From an uncultured virus (IMG/VR IMGVR_UViG_3300031787_000018) (lineage: Duplodnaviria; Heunggongvirae; Uroviricota; Caudoviricetes): a stretch of 64,000 nt of DNA. Made by a program: the position numbers and the translations under genes. The notes under the pieces are model-generated. The model was given only the letters and a program-made list of their open reading frames with translations, was not told the DNA's origin and did not search any database. The stretch lies in IMG/VR virus record IMGVR_UViG_3300031787_000018, positions 1 to 64,000 of that record; one strand, 5' to 3'. This document shows positions 43,923 through 54,140 of the stretch, in pieces (the first letter of the stretch is position 1; each line of letters begins with the position of its first letter).

Positions 43923-44390
43923 ATGTACTTTTCAGCAATAGTAGCTCACGATAAAAACAAATTAATAGGTGGTAACAATAAACTTTTGTGGCACATACCT
44001 GAAGATTTAAAAAGGTTTAAGAAAATAACCACCAATTCGGTTGTGGTTATGGGTAGAAAAACTTATGAAAGTATAGGAAAACCATTGTCAAATAGGATAA
44101 ATGTTATATTGACTAAAAATAAAAACTATAAGGTAGATGGTTGTATTGTGTTAAATTCTGTTGATGAGATTATTATGGAATTTAAAAACACACCAGAAGT
44201 TTTTATCATAGGCGGTGGTGAAATTTATAAACAATTTTTATCATATATTGATAGAATTTATGTAACTTTGGTGGAAGGAAATTATGAAGGTGATTCTTAT
44301 TTCCCTGAATATTCAGAATATGATTGGAAATGTTTTTATGAAGAAAAGGGCGAAGGTTTTACGTATAAAACTTATATTAGAAAAAAATGA
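43923..44390 (+). CDS. folA: dihydrofolate reductase
   Basis: LWHIPEDLKRFKKIT, VMGRKTYESIGKPLSNR, IIGGGEIY, EGDSYFP. Confidence 0.97.
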   Translation: MYFSAIVAHDKNKLIGGNNKLLWHIPEDLKRFKKITTNSVVVMGRKTYESIGKPLSNRINVILTKNKNYKVDGCIVLNSVDEIIMEFKNTPEVFIIGGGEIYKQFLSYIDRIYVTLVEGNYEGDSYFPEYSEYDWKCFYEEKGEGFTYKTYIRKK

Positions 44391-44767
44391 AACTATTCTT
44401 AGATGATGTACGTACTTTAGATATGATATACCCTAAGGAAAACCATAAAGATTGGGTTATCGTTAGAAGTTACCATGAATTTGTTAACTACATTAAAAAA
44501 TTTGGGTTGCCAACTTTTATTAGTTTCGACCATGATTTAGGTTTTGAACATACTAGATGGTATTTTGAAAACGGTGGTCATGAAAATCCACCCGATCCTT
44601 TTGATACTGATTTTAAAGAAAAAACTGGTTATGATTGTGCAAAATTTTTAGTTGATTATTGTCTTAGTAATAAAAAATCATTACCTATTTGGCAAGTACA
44701 TTCACATAACCCTGTAGGGTCAAAAAACATTAGAAGTTACTTAAAAAATTTTGAAAAATTTTATTAA
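44387..44767 (+). CDS. cyclic-phosphate-processing receiver-like domain protein
   Basis: LFLDDVR, ISFDHDLG, TGYDCAKFL, VHSHNPVG. Confidence 0.8.
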   Translation: MKLFLDDVRTLDMIYPKENHKDWVIVRSYHEFVNYIKKFGLPTFISFDHDLGFEHTRWYFENGGHENPPDPFDTDFKEKTGYDCAKFLVDYCLSNKKSLPIWQVHSHNPVGSKNIRSYLKNFEKFY

Positions 44768-45017
44768 ACAATATAAATTTATAAACATGAGAATTAATAT
44801 CCAAAACCTATTGGTACAACAAGACTTATTTGAAATACTAAACTCTAATTCTATGGAGTTGGGGGTTCAGGAAGATGACAACAAAGTATATTTAATCAAA
44901 ACAATTACAGACGGAGAATATTGGTTGGGTGAATCCAGATATATTTACGACAACAAAGAAGAAGCTTTAAAAGATTTAGAAACCTTAAAAAACATCATGA
45001 AAAGTATTGATGTCTAA
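44751..45017 (+). CDS. hypothetical protein
   Basis: short ORF in operon; start uncertain. Confidence 0.55.
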   Translation: MKNFIKQYKFINMRINIQNLLVQQDLFEILNSNSMELGVQEDDNKVYLIKTITDGEYWLGESRYIYDNKEEALKDLETLKNIMKSIDV

Positions 45018-45019
45018 AT

Positions 45020-45619
45020 ATGAAATACGAAAAACAAAATATATTTTTTATTAGTGATTTACACATAGGACACACCAACGTAATAAGATACGATGGTAGA
45101 CCTTTTGCGGATGTAAATGAAATGCATATAGAATTAATTAAACGATGGAACAATGTTGTGGGTGAAAACGATATTGTCTATTATTTAGGTGATTTGTCTT
45201 TTACTAGAGATGATATCACTAAATGGTTTATAAACTCTATTAAGGGTAAAATACATTTTATTATGGGTAATCACGATAAAATGAAACATATTATAAAATT
45301 TAATAGATGGGAAAATATCTATGAATATGGTACTGAAATTTTTGTTAAAGATGAAAATAACAATAAAACAAGAGGTTCAAACGGTTACCAACAAATTATT
45401 CTATCACATTACCCCATATTAAGTTGGAATAAAGCACATTACGGGAGTGTACATTTGCATGGCCATTGCCACGGTAGTTTGTTAAAATCAAACCAAGAAT
45501 ATTACAAAAGGAGAGTAATGGATGTAGGTGCTAATTGTATTGACTATACACCTATATCGTACCCACAAGTTATGGATGTTATGAGTAAAAAAATTATATC
45601 TAGTGTTGACCATCATTGA
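45020..45619 (+). CDS. calcineurin-like metallophosphoesterase
   Basis: ISDLHIGH, LGD, GNHD, LSHYP, HLHGHCH. Confidence 0.92.
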   Translation: MKYEKQNIFFISDLHIGHTNVIRYDGRPFADVNEMHIELIKRWNNVVGENDIVYYLGDLSFTRDDITKWFINSIKGKIHFIMGNHDKMKHIIKFNRWENIYEYGTEIFVKDENNNKTRGSNGYQQIILSHYPILSWNKAHYGSVHLHGHCHGSLLKSNQEYYKRRVMDVGANCIDYTPISYPQVMDVMSKKIISSVDHH

Positions 45620-45625
45620 TAGTGA

Positions 45626-46261
45626 TTATTTAAAAAACATTTTATTATTATATTTTTTTAATATTTCATTTAAGTAAATAATATTAATGTTTATAACACT
45701 CCCATTTAAATTAGAACCTAACCAAACAAAGGTTTTATTTTTTATTGAAACTATCTTATAATAATAAATCGGTATTTTTATCCTAGATTTACCTAAGTAA
45801 GTTTTTTTATTGTTATCATAAACAACACCAGTTATTATTCTAACATCAGACTTGTATTTTGATATGGTGTCTTCAACACCCAACTCCATCATTTTCCATT
45901 TACCTCTGTTAAAATCTGCCAACTGTGGTGCTTGGTTAAACATTGAGAACGAATGATATTGTAATGTGTCATCATATGATGTTATGTGTGCCGGAGTTAA
46001 ATGACCCAAATCATAACCTGAATTATGATAATATTCTTTTTTGTAAGGCCCATTCGGTTTTTCATTATGCCACCTATCTTTCCTATCAGAATCCAATTTC
46101 TGAAAATCAGCCCATTTTATATTATGTTCTGATATAAAAGTACACGTATCATTATCTAGTGATAGTTTTATATCACCATGATTTATAGTAAATTTAGTTT
46201 TTTGATATGTAATTGGTTTAACTAATAAAACAATTAAAATAATGTAAGATATGATTTTCAT
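45626..46261 (-). CDS. DNA/RNA non-specific endonuclease (NucA family), secreted
   Basis: SGYDLGHLTPA, FNQAPQLADFNRGKWKMME, IPIYYYKIV; signal peptide. Confidence 0.85.
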   Translation of the reverse strand: MKIISYIILIVLLVKPITYQKTKFTINHGDIKLSLDNDTCTFISEHNIKWADFQKLDSDRKDRWHNEKPNGPYKKEYYHNSGYDLGHLTPAHITSYDDTLQYHSFSMFNQAPQLADFNRGKWKMMELGVEDTISKYKSDVRIITGVVYDNNKKTYLGKSRIKIPIYYYKIVSIKNKTFVWLGSNLNGSVININIIYLNEILKKYNNKMFFK

Positions 46262-46647
46262 TTTTTTCTTTTGATTTTTCTTAAAACTTTATGTGATTCC
46301 GTTGTTAACTTATGACCCTTCCTCATGTTAATTGTGGACCTAATAAATCTTAAATTAGATATATGCCCTATTTTTTCTGGTGGTATGTTGTTATAAAATC
46401 CGTAAGAAATAGGTACGATGTGGTCTAAATGCCAGCAATTAACCCCTCTAAAACAACGGCGTTCGTGATTTTTTAATAAATGTAATGGTTGAGATTCGGT
46501 AATAGACCACACCTTTAAGTAGAAAAGGCGCCTATCCAAATCCTTTATTGTATTTAACTTACGTTTTTTAAGGTTTGGGTGTTCTTTTAATATCTTCTTA
46601 CACTCTGTTATTAATAATTTTTCTCTTTCTGTTAAAACTTTCTTCAT
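46258..46647 (-). CDS. HNH-motif protein
   Basis: HLDHIVPISYGF...GHISNLRFI...NMRK. Confidence 0.7.
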   Translation of the reverse strand: MKKVLTEREKLLITECKKILKEHPNLKKRKLNTIKDLDRRLFYLKVWSITESQPLHLLKNHERRCFRGVNCWHLDHIVPISYGFYNNIPPEKIGHISNLRFIRSTINMRKGHKLTTESHKVLRKIKRKK

Positions 46648-46686
46648 TTCTATAAATATTAGATTATATTTATAAAAAATAAAATT

Positions 46687-46872
46687 ATGACAAGAGAAGA
46701 AAAAGCTAAAAAATTTGATGCATTATTACTTGAACACGATAAACTAAGTCGTGAAGTTAGTGTAATACAATCTAAATTTGATTTAACAGTTGAGGATAAT
46801 AAAAAAATCAAGGAGTTAAAGATAAAAATGGATGATTTACAAAGACAGGCAACAAGTTTAGGTAGTTATTAA
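46687..46872 (+). CDS. hypothetical coiled-coil protein
   Basis: 61-aa ORF after ATATTTAT. Confidence 0.55.
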   Translation: MTREEKAKKFDALLLEHDKLSREVSVIQSKFDLTVEDNKKIKELKIKMDDLQRQATSLGSY

Positions 46873-46930
46873 TTTTTATATTGACAGAATACTAATTATT
46901 ACCTATCTTTATATTGTTCTTTGAAATTAT

Positions 46931-47321
46931 GGGGGTGACTTGGAATTGATTGGCTACATTAGTTATTGTAAAAGCATGTCGAGACTTGTTTGTAGGCTCG
47001 TTAAACCAACAATCAAAATTTTAAATGGCGACATTTTCGCAGACGCTACTGTAGGTCACTTTGTGACTGAAGGTGCAGAGGTTGTAGCCTAATTAGATTA
47101 GGGTACACAACGGGGTTGGATTACCTAGGAACAGAAGTCCAAAAAAGGGTGTTACCACTACCACAAAAGGGTAAAGTCAAACATGGAATGTGTCAACTAA
47201 GTCCATGGGAGAACTAAAAGATGAAGTTGTATATTTTGGGTGGTTAGAAAACCACATCCTAAACATGTAGAAGACTTTAATTCATTAGAACAAGACGGCG
47301 GTTCGACCCCGCTCACCTCCA
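46931..47321 (+). ncRNA. ssrA: tmRNA
   Basis: GGGGGTG/CACCTCC-A acceptor with G3:U; GCGGTTCGACCCCGC T-arm; tag ORF 47027-47092 after TTAAAT. Confidence 0.93.
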
Positions 47322-47354
47322 CTTTAGAAATTTATTAACCTAAAAATCGAAAAA

Positions 47355-47648
47355 ATGGACATTACTAAAAAGAAAGAGAAATTCTTAAAAAGACTGAGAA
47401 ATGCTAAATCTGGTGAAACAGTTAAAGTTGTTGAATTTAAAAGAAAACATTTTAAATCAGAACTTTCTACTGAGTTTGGTTTTGGAATTCAAGATATGAA
47501 AAAGAAGTCTAGAGAGTTTTATAATTGGTTAATTACCAGTGGTTATGATATTAACGTAACACCTACAAGTATGGAACCATCTAATTTTGGTGTCTTAGTT
47601 ACAGTTAAGAAGGAAAAAATTGATGAGGTTTATTTTGTTGGTGACTAA
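47355..47648 (+). CDS. hypothetical protein
   Basis: 97-aa ORF. Confidence 0.6.
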   Translation: MDITKKKEKFLKRLRNAKSGETVKVVEFKRKHFKSELSTEFGFGIQDMKKKSREFYNWLITSGYDINVTPTSMEPSNFGVLVTVKKEKIDEVYFVGD

Positions 47649-47806
47649 ACATTTGTTTCTTGGTTCGTAAACCAAGTGGTGGATTCCGAAAAAGATAAAA
47701 TCTTGTCGGCCCTAACCTCTGATTTTCAGGGGTTTTTTATTGCCTAAAAATTTGATAAATTAGTATTTACTTTTTATATTTGTACGTGGTATTAAATTTA
47801 ATCACT

Positions 47807-49717
47807 ATGAAAATAACGGATTTTTTAAACTCAAAAGAAACATTAAATAAAGTTTTGGATGTATTGGTTGAGAGAGGTTTGGATTTTGCCAAACTACCCC
47901 AAGATTGCTTTATCGCAGGTGGTTCAGTTTCTAATGTACTAATATCAATGTTACACGGTGGTGAACCTATCGTTAATGATATTGATGTGTATGTTAAAAC
48001 CGACGATAAAAATGCTAAGGTTGGTAATAGTTGGTACCCTTCTATGTACACAACTGAAGACTCTATTGAGGTGTTGGATGATGATTATGGTCGTATATAC
48101 ATTTCAGAAGGTGGTGATAGAATGAGAGTAGTTGCACATCGTAGAGACGGTGTTTTAAATATTATACAATATGCATACGAAAAAGGTTACCAAAGAATGA
48201 ACGGTAAACCTAGTACTAAGACTGAATGTGAATTAACCATTGAGGGTTTTGATTTGAATTGTTGTATGGCAGGTATTGACCTATCCAATCGTAAGATAGT
48301 TTATAACGAAAACTTTGTGGATTTTTTGAAAACCAAACAATTAAAGGTTGTGAATCCAATGGCACCAATTCAGACAACCATCCGTATCTATAAAAAATTA
48401 AAAGATTTGGATTGTTACTGTAATGTAGAACATGAAATACGTTTTTTAACTGTTGCTTTTAGAAAGTTAACCAATAATCAGTTATGTAAGTATATAGGAC
48501 CTGAAACTGAGGCTAAGTATAGAAAGTATTTTGACTTTGTTTCTAAGTATTTTACAATTCGTGAACCAAAAAATTCTGATGAAATACCCCATAATATGAA
48601 GGATAAATATTTCATCGATACTCCCATAAATCCTAACTGTAAAATTTGGTTATATGAACCTGTGATGGATTTTGATATAATAGAAGAGGTTACTTCGGCC
48701 ATAAGACTAAAACGTATTTGGTATTTGAATTACACGCCAAAGAAAAAATCTGAACAAGATAAGATTAATAAAGTTTTTTATAAAAATGTATTCACAGGTA
48801 ATCTTAGTGAAGATGCTTGGGAATACAAAGAGGGTTGGCCTGTATCTGTCGTAAAACCCATTTACGCGTCAAGTAGATATAGTTATATGATGGTATTAGC
48901 TAAGAAAGATTACCACAAGTGTGATTTTACTATTAAACATTTAAATGTTATAGACGAGTTTACAAAGAAACATTACTACATTAGAAGGGTTTTATCTAAA
49001 CTTGATACTGTTAGTGAACAGTATAAAATGGTTAAATTTATAAAATCTTTAGCTAAAAAAGAGGGTGAATGGATTATTGGTTTGTTGGAAAATGTTGACA
49101 ATAAAGAACTACCTAATAATTTTACAAATGAACAATTAGTAAAGTTTATTGAAGAGGAAAAATCTAAGGATAGTCAAGCACTTGTTGAACCTTTAAATTT
49201 GAATGATTTTATATTTAATAAAAACATCAAAGAGTTAATATCAAACCTTCAATTAAAAATGGAAGGTACTATGATGGGTCATTGTGTAGGTGGTTACGGT
49301 TCTCAAGTGGAAAGAGGGTACTCACGTATTTTTCACGTTGAACATAATGGCATCGGGTCTACTTTAGAACTATCCTTACCTAATCTTGTTAAACCTAATT
49401 ATAATGTTTTCATAGACCGTGGTGACGGACCAAAAATAGAGGAGATTATTAGGTCTACAAAATATGAAGATAAATTTATTGTTAGATATAGTGATGATAG
49501 CACAGCTGTGTTATCAGAAAAGGACCTAGGTTATAAAGTTAGACAACATCAAGGAAGATACCCTGAAAAAGGTAATCTTACACCAACAGAAAGAAATACT
49601 TATGTTGCTACAGAATTAGTTAAATTTTTAAACCAAAAATACTTTTTGGAAAAGTTCAATATTGATTTAACAGAAAATTTTGCCATCAAAAAAAATAATC
49701 TTACATTTGTTGAGTGA
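47807..49717 (+). CDS. nucleotidyltransferase-like N-domain fused to a PcfJ-like C-domain
   Basis: FIAGGSVSN...NDIDVY; FDLNCC; LKMEGTMMGHCVGGY...STLEL. Confidence 0.65.
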   Translation: MKITDFLNSKETLNKVLDVLVERGLDFAKLPQDCFIAGGSVSNVLISMLHGGEPIVNDIDVYVKTDDKNAKVGNSWYPSMYTTEDSIEVLDDDYGRIYISEGGDRMRVVAHRRDGVLNIIQYAYEKGYQRMNGKPSTKTECELTIEGFDLNCCMAGIDLSNRKIVYNENFVDFLKTKQLKVVNPMAPIQTTIRIYKKLKDLDCYCNVEHEIRFLTVAFRKLTNNQLCKYIGPETEAKYRKYFDFVSKYFTIREPKNSDEIPHNMKDKYFIDTPINPNCKIWLYEPVMDFDIIEEVTSAIRLKRIWYLNYTPKKKSEQDKINKVFYKNVFTGNLSEDAWEYKEGWPVSVVKPIYASSRYSYMMVLAKKDYHKCDFTIKHLNVIDEFTKKHYYIRRVLSKLDTVSEQYKMVKFIKSLAKKEGEWIIGLLENVDNKELPNNFTNEQLVKFIEEEKSKDSQALVEPLNLNDFIFNKNIKELISNLQLKMEGTMMGHCVGGYGSQVERGYSRIFHVEHNGIGSTLELSLPNLVKPNYNVFIDRGDGPKIEEIIRSTKYEDKFIVRYSDDSTAVLSEKDLGYKVRQHQGRYPEKGNLTPTERNTYVATELVKFLNQKYFLEKFNIDLTENFAIKKNNLTFVE

Positions 49718-50238
49718 TGACTAAAATATTAATAAATTTTTTTCTAATTATAACTTTGTTTGTAGGTGTAACTTCTTGTAAGAAAGAAAAACCACAAGCA
49801 AAGTATAATTTTATTGTCGGTAAATGGTCATACAGTCCTTTATACCCGATACCTGGTAGACCTAAAAGTAAAGAAGAAAGTTTAGAACAATGTACATTAC
49901 TTTTCAATGAAAAAGGTATTGTAACAATCACAATTGGTGACGACTATTCAAGTGATAATCCAATCAAAAATTATAAAGCAAGGTATTACATTACAGAAAG
50001 TAAGGATACTTTTTTTACATACCAAATAAAAATTGATTTTAAATTAAATTTTGACCATAACCAAAAATACGGTGACATTATAAGAAAAGATTTTTCCCTT
50101 TTTCAAAACAAAACCATAAATTTTAAACACTATTTAAAGGGTGATTATATCGTTGATTTTGGTGAAGGACCAAAGGATAATAATGAATTGATAATATTTA
50201 ATGAGGTAAGTGATAGAACTTTTGTCAGAAATTTTTAA
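49714..50238 (+). CDS. lipoprotein
   Basis: signal peptide II VGVTS-C. Confidence 0.7.
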   Translation: MMTKILINFFLIITLFVGVTSCKKEKPQAKYNFIVGKWSYSPLYPIPGRPKSKEESLEQCTLLFNEKGIVTITIGDDYSSDNPIKNYKARYYITESKDTFFTYQIKIDFKLNFDHNQKYGDIIRKDFSLFQNKTINFKHYLKGDYIVDFGEGPKDNNELIIFNEVSDRTFVRNF

Positions 50239-50297
50239 ATAAAAATATTTTGTAAAGTCAAGTTTATTTATTACTTTTACATAGTCAAAAAAATCAT

Positions 50298-51257
50298 ATG
50301 AAAAATATTTTATACCTTTTATTTTTATTTAACATATTTCTTACTTCTTGTGAGAAAGAAGAAAAATATATACCCAGTACACTTACTGTGGTAGAAAAAG
50401 ACCCTTACGTAAATCCTATTGGGTATAAATGGGAGTTGATTGATGCTAAAGTTTTTGTTACCAAAAGTTTATCAGGTGGTAATGGACAAGTTGTGAGTAA
50501 AAAATATTACGACCATTTTGATGTGAATAAAAATACATCCAACATGGACATATTTGTACCATCTTGGTTACCAATTGATAATGTAATTAAAAATGTAACT
50601 ACCTTTCAATTAAGTACTTCAGGTTTTTTCACTCTAAATGATAATCAACAATATGATTATACTTACACCGAAGTTAAAGGTTTAAACCCCACTATAAGGG
50701 TAAACGGTTTAGAAAATGGTAGTGCTAGGGTTTTTAGTATATTAAAAGCCACCGAAAGTTACATGCATGTTGAGGCTTATCTTAGTCACGCTAGTGATAG
50801 TCAATATGATTATGACTATTACTCTATTTTAGAGTTTGTTAAGGTTGGGGGTAGTGGAAATTATGAAAATTATAAAACACCATATGATTTTGTTTATAGT
50901 GGTGTTTGGAACGTAACGCCACAACCAAATACAAACGATATGACAGGTCAGAAGTGGGTTGTAACTAGATACAATAACGGTTTAAGTGGTAACGTATACC
51001 CAAATGACACTTTAGAGTTTACCTCTCAAACTGAATATAAAATAAATAATGGTTTATTAAGAAATTATACATTAAGTAATGTTACAGGTAATAATATGAA
51101 AAGTTTAAGTTTGTATTCATTTACAACTTTGGGTGGTGATTACAGTGGTCAGGTAATATCTACATTCATAACTGACGGTGTTATAAACAATAATAATTTT
51201 GTGGATATATTCAACGTTAATAACACTGTGACAGTTTGGATGAAACGTGTACAATAA
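50298..51257 (+). CDS. lipoprotein
   Basis: signal peptide II FLTS-C. Confidence 0.75.
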   Translation: MKNILYLLFLFNIFLTSCEKEEKYIPSTLTVVEKDPYVNPIGYKWELIDAKVFVTKSLSGGNGQVVSKKYYDHFDVNKNTSNMDIFVPSWLPIDNVIKNVTTFQLSTSGFFTLNDNQQYDYTYTEVKGLNPTIRVNGLENGSARVFSILKATESYMHVEAYLSHASDSQYDYDYYSILEFVKVGGSGNYENYKTPYDFVYSGVWNVTPQPNTNDMTGQKWVVTRYNNGLSGNVYPNDTLEFTSQTEYKINNGLLRNYTLSNVTGNNMKSLSLYSFTTLGGDYSGQVISTFITDGVINNNNFVDIFNVNNTVTVWMKRVQ

Positions 51258-51283
51258 AAAAATGGGGGTCATGACCCCCATTT

Positions 51284-51481
51284 TTATTCGTTATTATTTT
51301 TATATTTTTTATTAACGTAAATAGCTTTCTTTTTTTGTTTTCTTCTTTTAACTGAACCTTTTTCGTATACACGACGATCGTTCAATTCAGACATTTGACG
51401 CGTCTTAATCACTTTGGAACGATAGTTTTTTAAGGCTTTTTCGATACTACCTTTACCTTCTTTTACCTTTACTTTTAACAT
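51284..51481 (-). CDS. rpsU: ribosomal protein bS21
   Basis: IEKALKNYRSKVIKT...ELNDRRVYEKGSVKRR. Confidence 0.88.
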   Translation of the reverse strand: MLKVKVKEGKGSIEKALKNYRSKVIKTRQMSELNDRRVYEKGSVKRRKQKKKAIYVNKKYKNNNE

Positions 51482-51602
51482 ATATTAATAAATATATCTT
51501 TTTTAATTAAAATTAAAGATTATGTTAAAAAATAGTGTGGAGGATATATAGTACAGATGTTACAAGATATTTATTGAAACAATAAGTCTCAATTAAAACT
51601 GA

Positions 51603-52211
51603 TTGATTATGGATATCGTAAAAATTATGTTACTTGGTAGCGGTTACGATGTAACGAGAGGCATTGTCACAAAGAAGAATTACAAAAAAATTAAAAATTC
51701 TTCAACTCTCGATAATGTATGGATTAAAAAGTTAGGAAAAAAAATAGAAAAAAATTTTACAGGATTTAAAACAGAATTTAATGATTATGGAATATCAAAA
51801 GGTGATTTAATAATAGAAGTAAACGGCGAAGAATTTGTAAATATACCAATAAGTGTTTTAGAAGATTATACATTTAATAATGTTGAACTAATGGAATTGG
51901 AAGGGTATCAATATCCTTCAACAGATGGTGTTGTTGTAACGTCTGTACAAGAATTATATGGTGTTTTTATGGATGTAATATTTGTAACTTCTGAAAAATT
52001 TGATGTCACAAAGTTTAAATTTATTAAAAAAGAAATACAAGACGAAAAAGAAGAAACTTTATTTAATTTAATTTCTGAAGTTTACTATGATGAAGAGTTA
52101 ATTAAATTTGAGGGTGATAACACAGATTTACGTATGTCAAATGTTAACTTTGATATAGGTAAAAAAGAAAAAGTTTCAAAAAATGAAAAAGACGATAATA
52201 GACAACTTTAG
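51603..52211 (+). CDS. hypothetical protein
   Basis: 202-aa ORF. Confidence 0.65.
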   Translation: MIMDIVKIMLLGSGYDVTRGIVTKKNYKKIKNSSTLDNVWIKKLGKKIEKNFTGFKTEFNDYGISKGDLIIEVNGEEFVNIPISVLEDYTFNNVELMELEGYQYPSTDGVVVTSVQELYGVFMDVIFVTSEKFDVTKFKFIKKEIQDEKEETLFNLISEVYYDEELIKFEGDNTDLRMSNVNFDIGKKEKVSKNEKDDNRQL

Positions 52212-52410
52212 GATTAACGATAACGTTTTAATAACAAGTTTTAACCCACCTTTGGAGGGTAGAATAGCTGACATGTATGAAATGGAACCAAATATGATTG
52301 GTGATCCTACTTTAACAAAAATGTATCCTAAAATGGTACCAATTATTGAGGTGATATTGAAAGACGGTAAGTTACGTTCTTTTGTGAAAGATGTTGTAAA
52401 AAAGGTTTAA
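52183..52410 (+). CDS. hypothetical protein
   Basis: 75-aa ORF. Confidence 0.55.
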   Translation: MKKTIIDNFRINDNVLITSFNPPLEGRIADMYEMEPNMIGDPTLTKMYPKMVPIIEVILKDGKLRSFVKDVVKKV

Positions 52411-52412
52411 AT

Positions 52413-52504
52413 CTTTCGTTTATGGGTTTCATACAACTTCAATATATTCGTTTAGTGTTACTTTAACCGCTGTAGATACCTTTCGTTTATGGGTTTCATA
52501 CAAC
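52413..52504 (-). repeat. 25-nt direct repeat pair with 42-nt spacer
   Basis: CTTTCGTTTATGGGTTTCATACAAC at 52413-52437 and 52480-52504. Confidence 0.9.
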
Positions 52505-53409
52505 ATACGCACGCAGATTTTCTGAAATTCTGGGTATTCTACCCCCATTTCTTTACATTTTAACCATATTTTATCATAATCTGCATATAAAACCGGTTTC
52601 TGATCACCAGTATCTATGTTATCTAAAAATAAAAAATCCCCATTTTTATCAATATATTTTGTCCATCCTGGTTGTTTTTCTGATTCTACCAATTCACAAT
52701 CCATTAATTTTTCCATAATAAACCCCTCACATGGGGATAATTCCGGAACATCATTAACCCAATCAAATTCTTCTTCGTTTTCTTTTAACCCTTTTTTACT
52801 TTTCATTAAGTTCTTTAAAACGTAAGAACCGGCTGATAATGATATACCCATCATAAGTTCATCTAAGTTATCAACACTAAAACCTTTTTCTGATGCAATA
52901 TCTTTTAAAGTATTTAAAATCGGAACTGACATAAAAGTAAAAGACAACACATCAATTAAAGTTGTTATAGTAACACCAATCTTCATACCTATAGTTTTAA
53001 ATAAATTAATACTGGCATTCATAAATTTGACAACGCCCTTTAACTCTTCATTTAGTTTACGTTTTTTTAATTCAGAAATTAATTTTTTTAAATCTTCTTT
53101 GGACTTAGATGTCAAAATGTAAACTGCTGTCATAACCAAAAGTGTTGCATCATATTCGGTTATGTTTATGTTTTTATTATGTAATAATTCTATAACAGGC
53201 CCAGAAAAAGCACTAATACCTAAACCATAAGTTAACATAAAGTCAGCATTGATTTTCATATCGTTAATAACTTTTTTAATTATAGGTTTACTACTTGGTA
53301 TACCACCACTACCTTCATTAATTATTTTTTCATACATCATGTGAACTTGACCTTCCATGTACACACGTTCAGTTAATAAGTTTAACGATAATTTTGATAA
53401 GTTACTCAT
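52429..53409 (-). CDS. hypothetical protein with EEFDW motif
   Basis: 326-aa ORF; LKENEEEFDWVNDV. Confidence 0.7.
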   Translation of the reverse strand: MSNLSKLSLNLLTERVYMEGQVHMMYEKIINEGSGGIPSSKPIIKKVINDMKINADFMLTYGLGISAFSGPVIELLHNKNINITEYDATLLVMTAVYILTSKSKEDLKKLISELKKRKLNEELKGVVKFMNASINLFKTIGMKIGVTITTLIDVLSFTFMSVPILNTLKDIASEKGFSVDNLDELMMGISLSAGSYVLKNLMKSKKGLKENEEEFDWVNDVPELSPCEGFIMEKLMDCELVESEKQPGWTKYIDKNGDFLFLDNIDTGDQKPVLYADYDKIWLKCKEMGVEYPEFQKICVRMLYETHKRKVSTAVKVTLNEYIEVV

Positions 53410-53477
53410 ACAATAATAAATATGCTTTACCTTTCTTTAAAGATAATTTAGAATATTTATATAATAAAATATTTAAC

Positions 53478-54140
53478 ATGAAAAAAGTCATAAGATTAAA
53501 TGAAAATGATATTGAAAAATTGGTTAAAAAAATCATCAGAGAAGGTGAAACCAGTTACATGAATGATCACGAAGCTAATACATATATGTTTTGGCAAAAC
53601 CTTGAAACCATTAAACATGCCGCAGAGGAAATTTTGGAGATGGACAGGGAAAAAATAAATGAAATTTTAGCAGATGGTCATGCTTGGGCCATGGACCATA
53701 TTGCGACTTCAGCTGATGATGTTGAAGAAGTATATCATTTTTTGGAAGGTCGTGAAGATGATTATGAAAAACATGAACACAAGGAAGAAGAAGAGGAGGA
53801 GGAAGAATATGGGCAATATATGGAATCCATCAAAGGTAGAATAATTCATGCTGACGAATTTGGCTTCACAGAGTTATTACCAATAAATGAAGGTAAAGGT
53901 AAAGGGGCTTGTGCAAACAGAGATTTAAATAAACCTTGGTTAACACCTGATGGACCTAAAAAACGTTCTGTTTGTGTTAAAAACGCTTCAGGAAATGTGG
54001 TTAAAGTTAATTTTGGTGACCCTAATATGAGAATTAAAAAATCAAACCCTGAAAGAAGAAAATCTTTTAGAGCTAGACATAAATGTGAGAATCCAGGACC
54101 AAAGTGGCGTGCACGCTATTGGTCGTGTAAGTTTTGGTGA
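53478..54140 (+). CDS. hypothetical protein
   Basis: likely start MKKVIRLNENDIEKLVKKIIRE after ATATTTAT (53453); ends VNFGDPNM...RRKSFRARHKC...RYWSCKFW. Confidence 0.75.
   Translation: MKKVIRLNENDIEKLVKKIIREGETSYMNDHEANTYMFWQNLETIKHAAEEILEMDREKINEILADGHAWAMDHIATSADDVEEVYHFLEGREDDYEKHEHKEEEEEEEEYGQYMESIKGRIIHADEFGFTELLPINEGKGKGACANRDLNKPWLTPDGPKKRSVCVKNASGNVVKVNFGDPNMRIKKSNPERRKSFRARHKCENPGPKWRARYWSCKFW

Noticed and set aside
47652..47738. Small hairpin cluster after the ORF downstream of tmRNA
   Set aside because: Hairpins are visible but no family was recognised; the last hairpin is adequately explained as a terminator.
52413..52504. CRISPR array call
   Set aside because: Only two 25-nt repeats, inside a coding end, and no cas genes; kept as a repeat and a finding.
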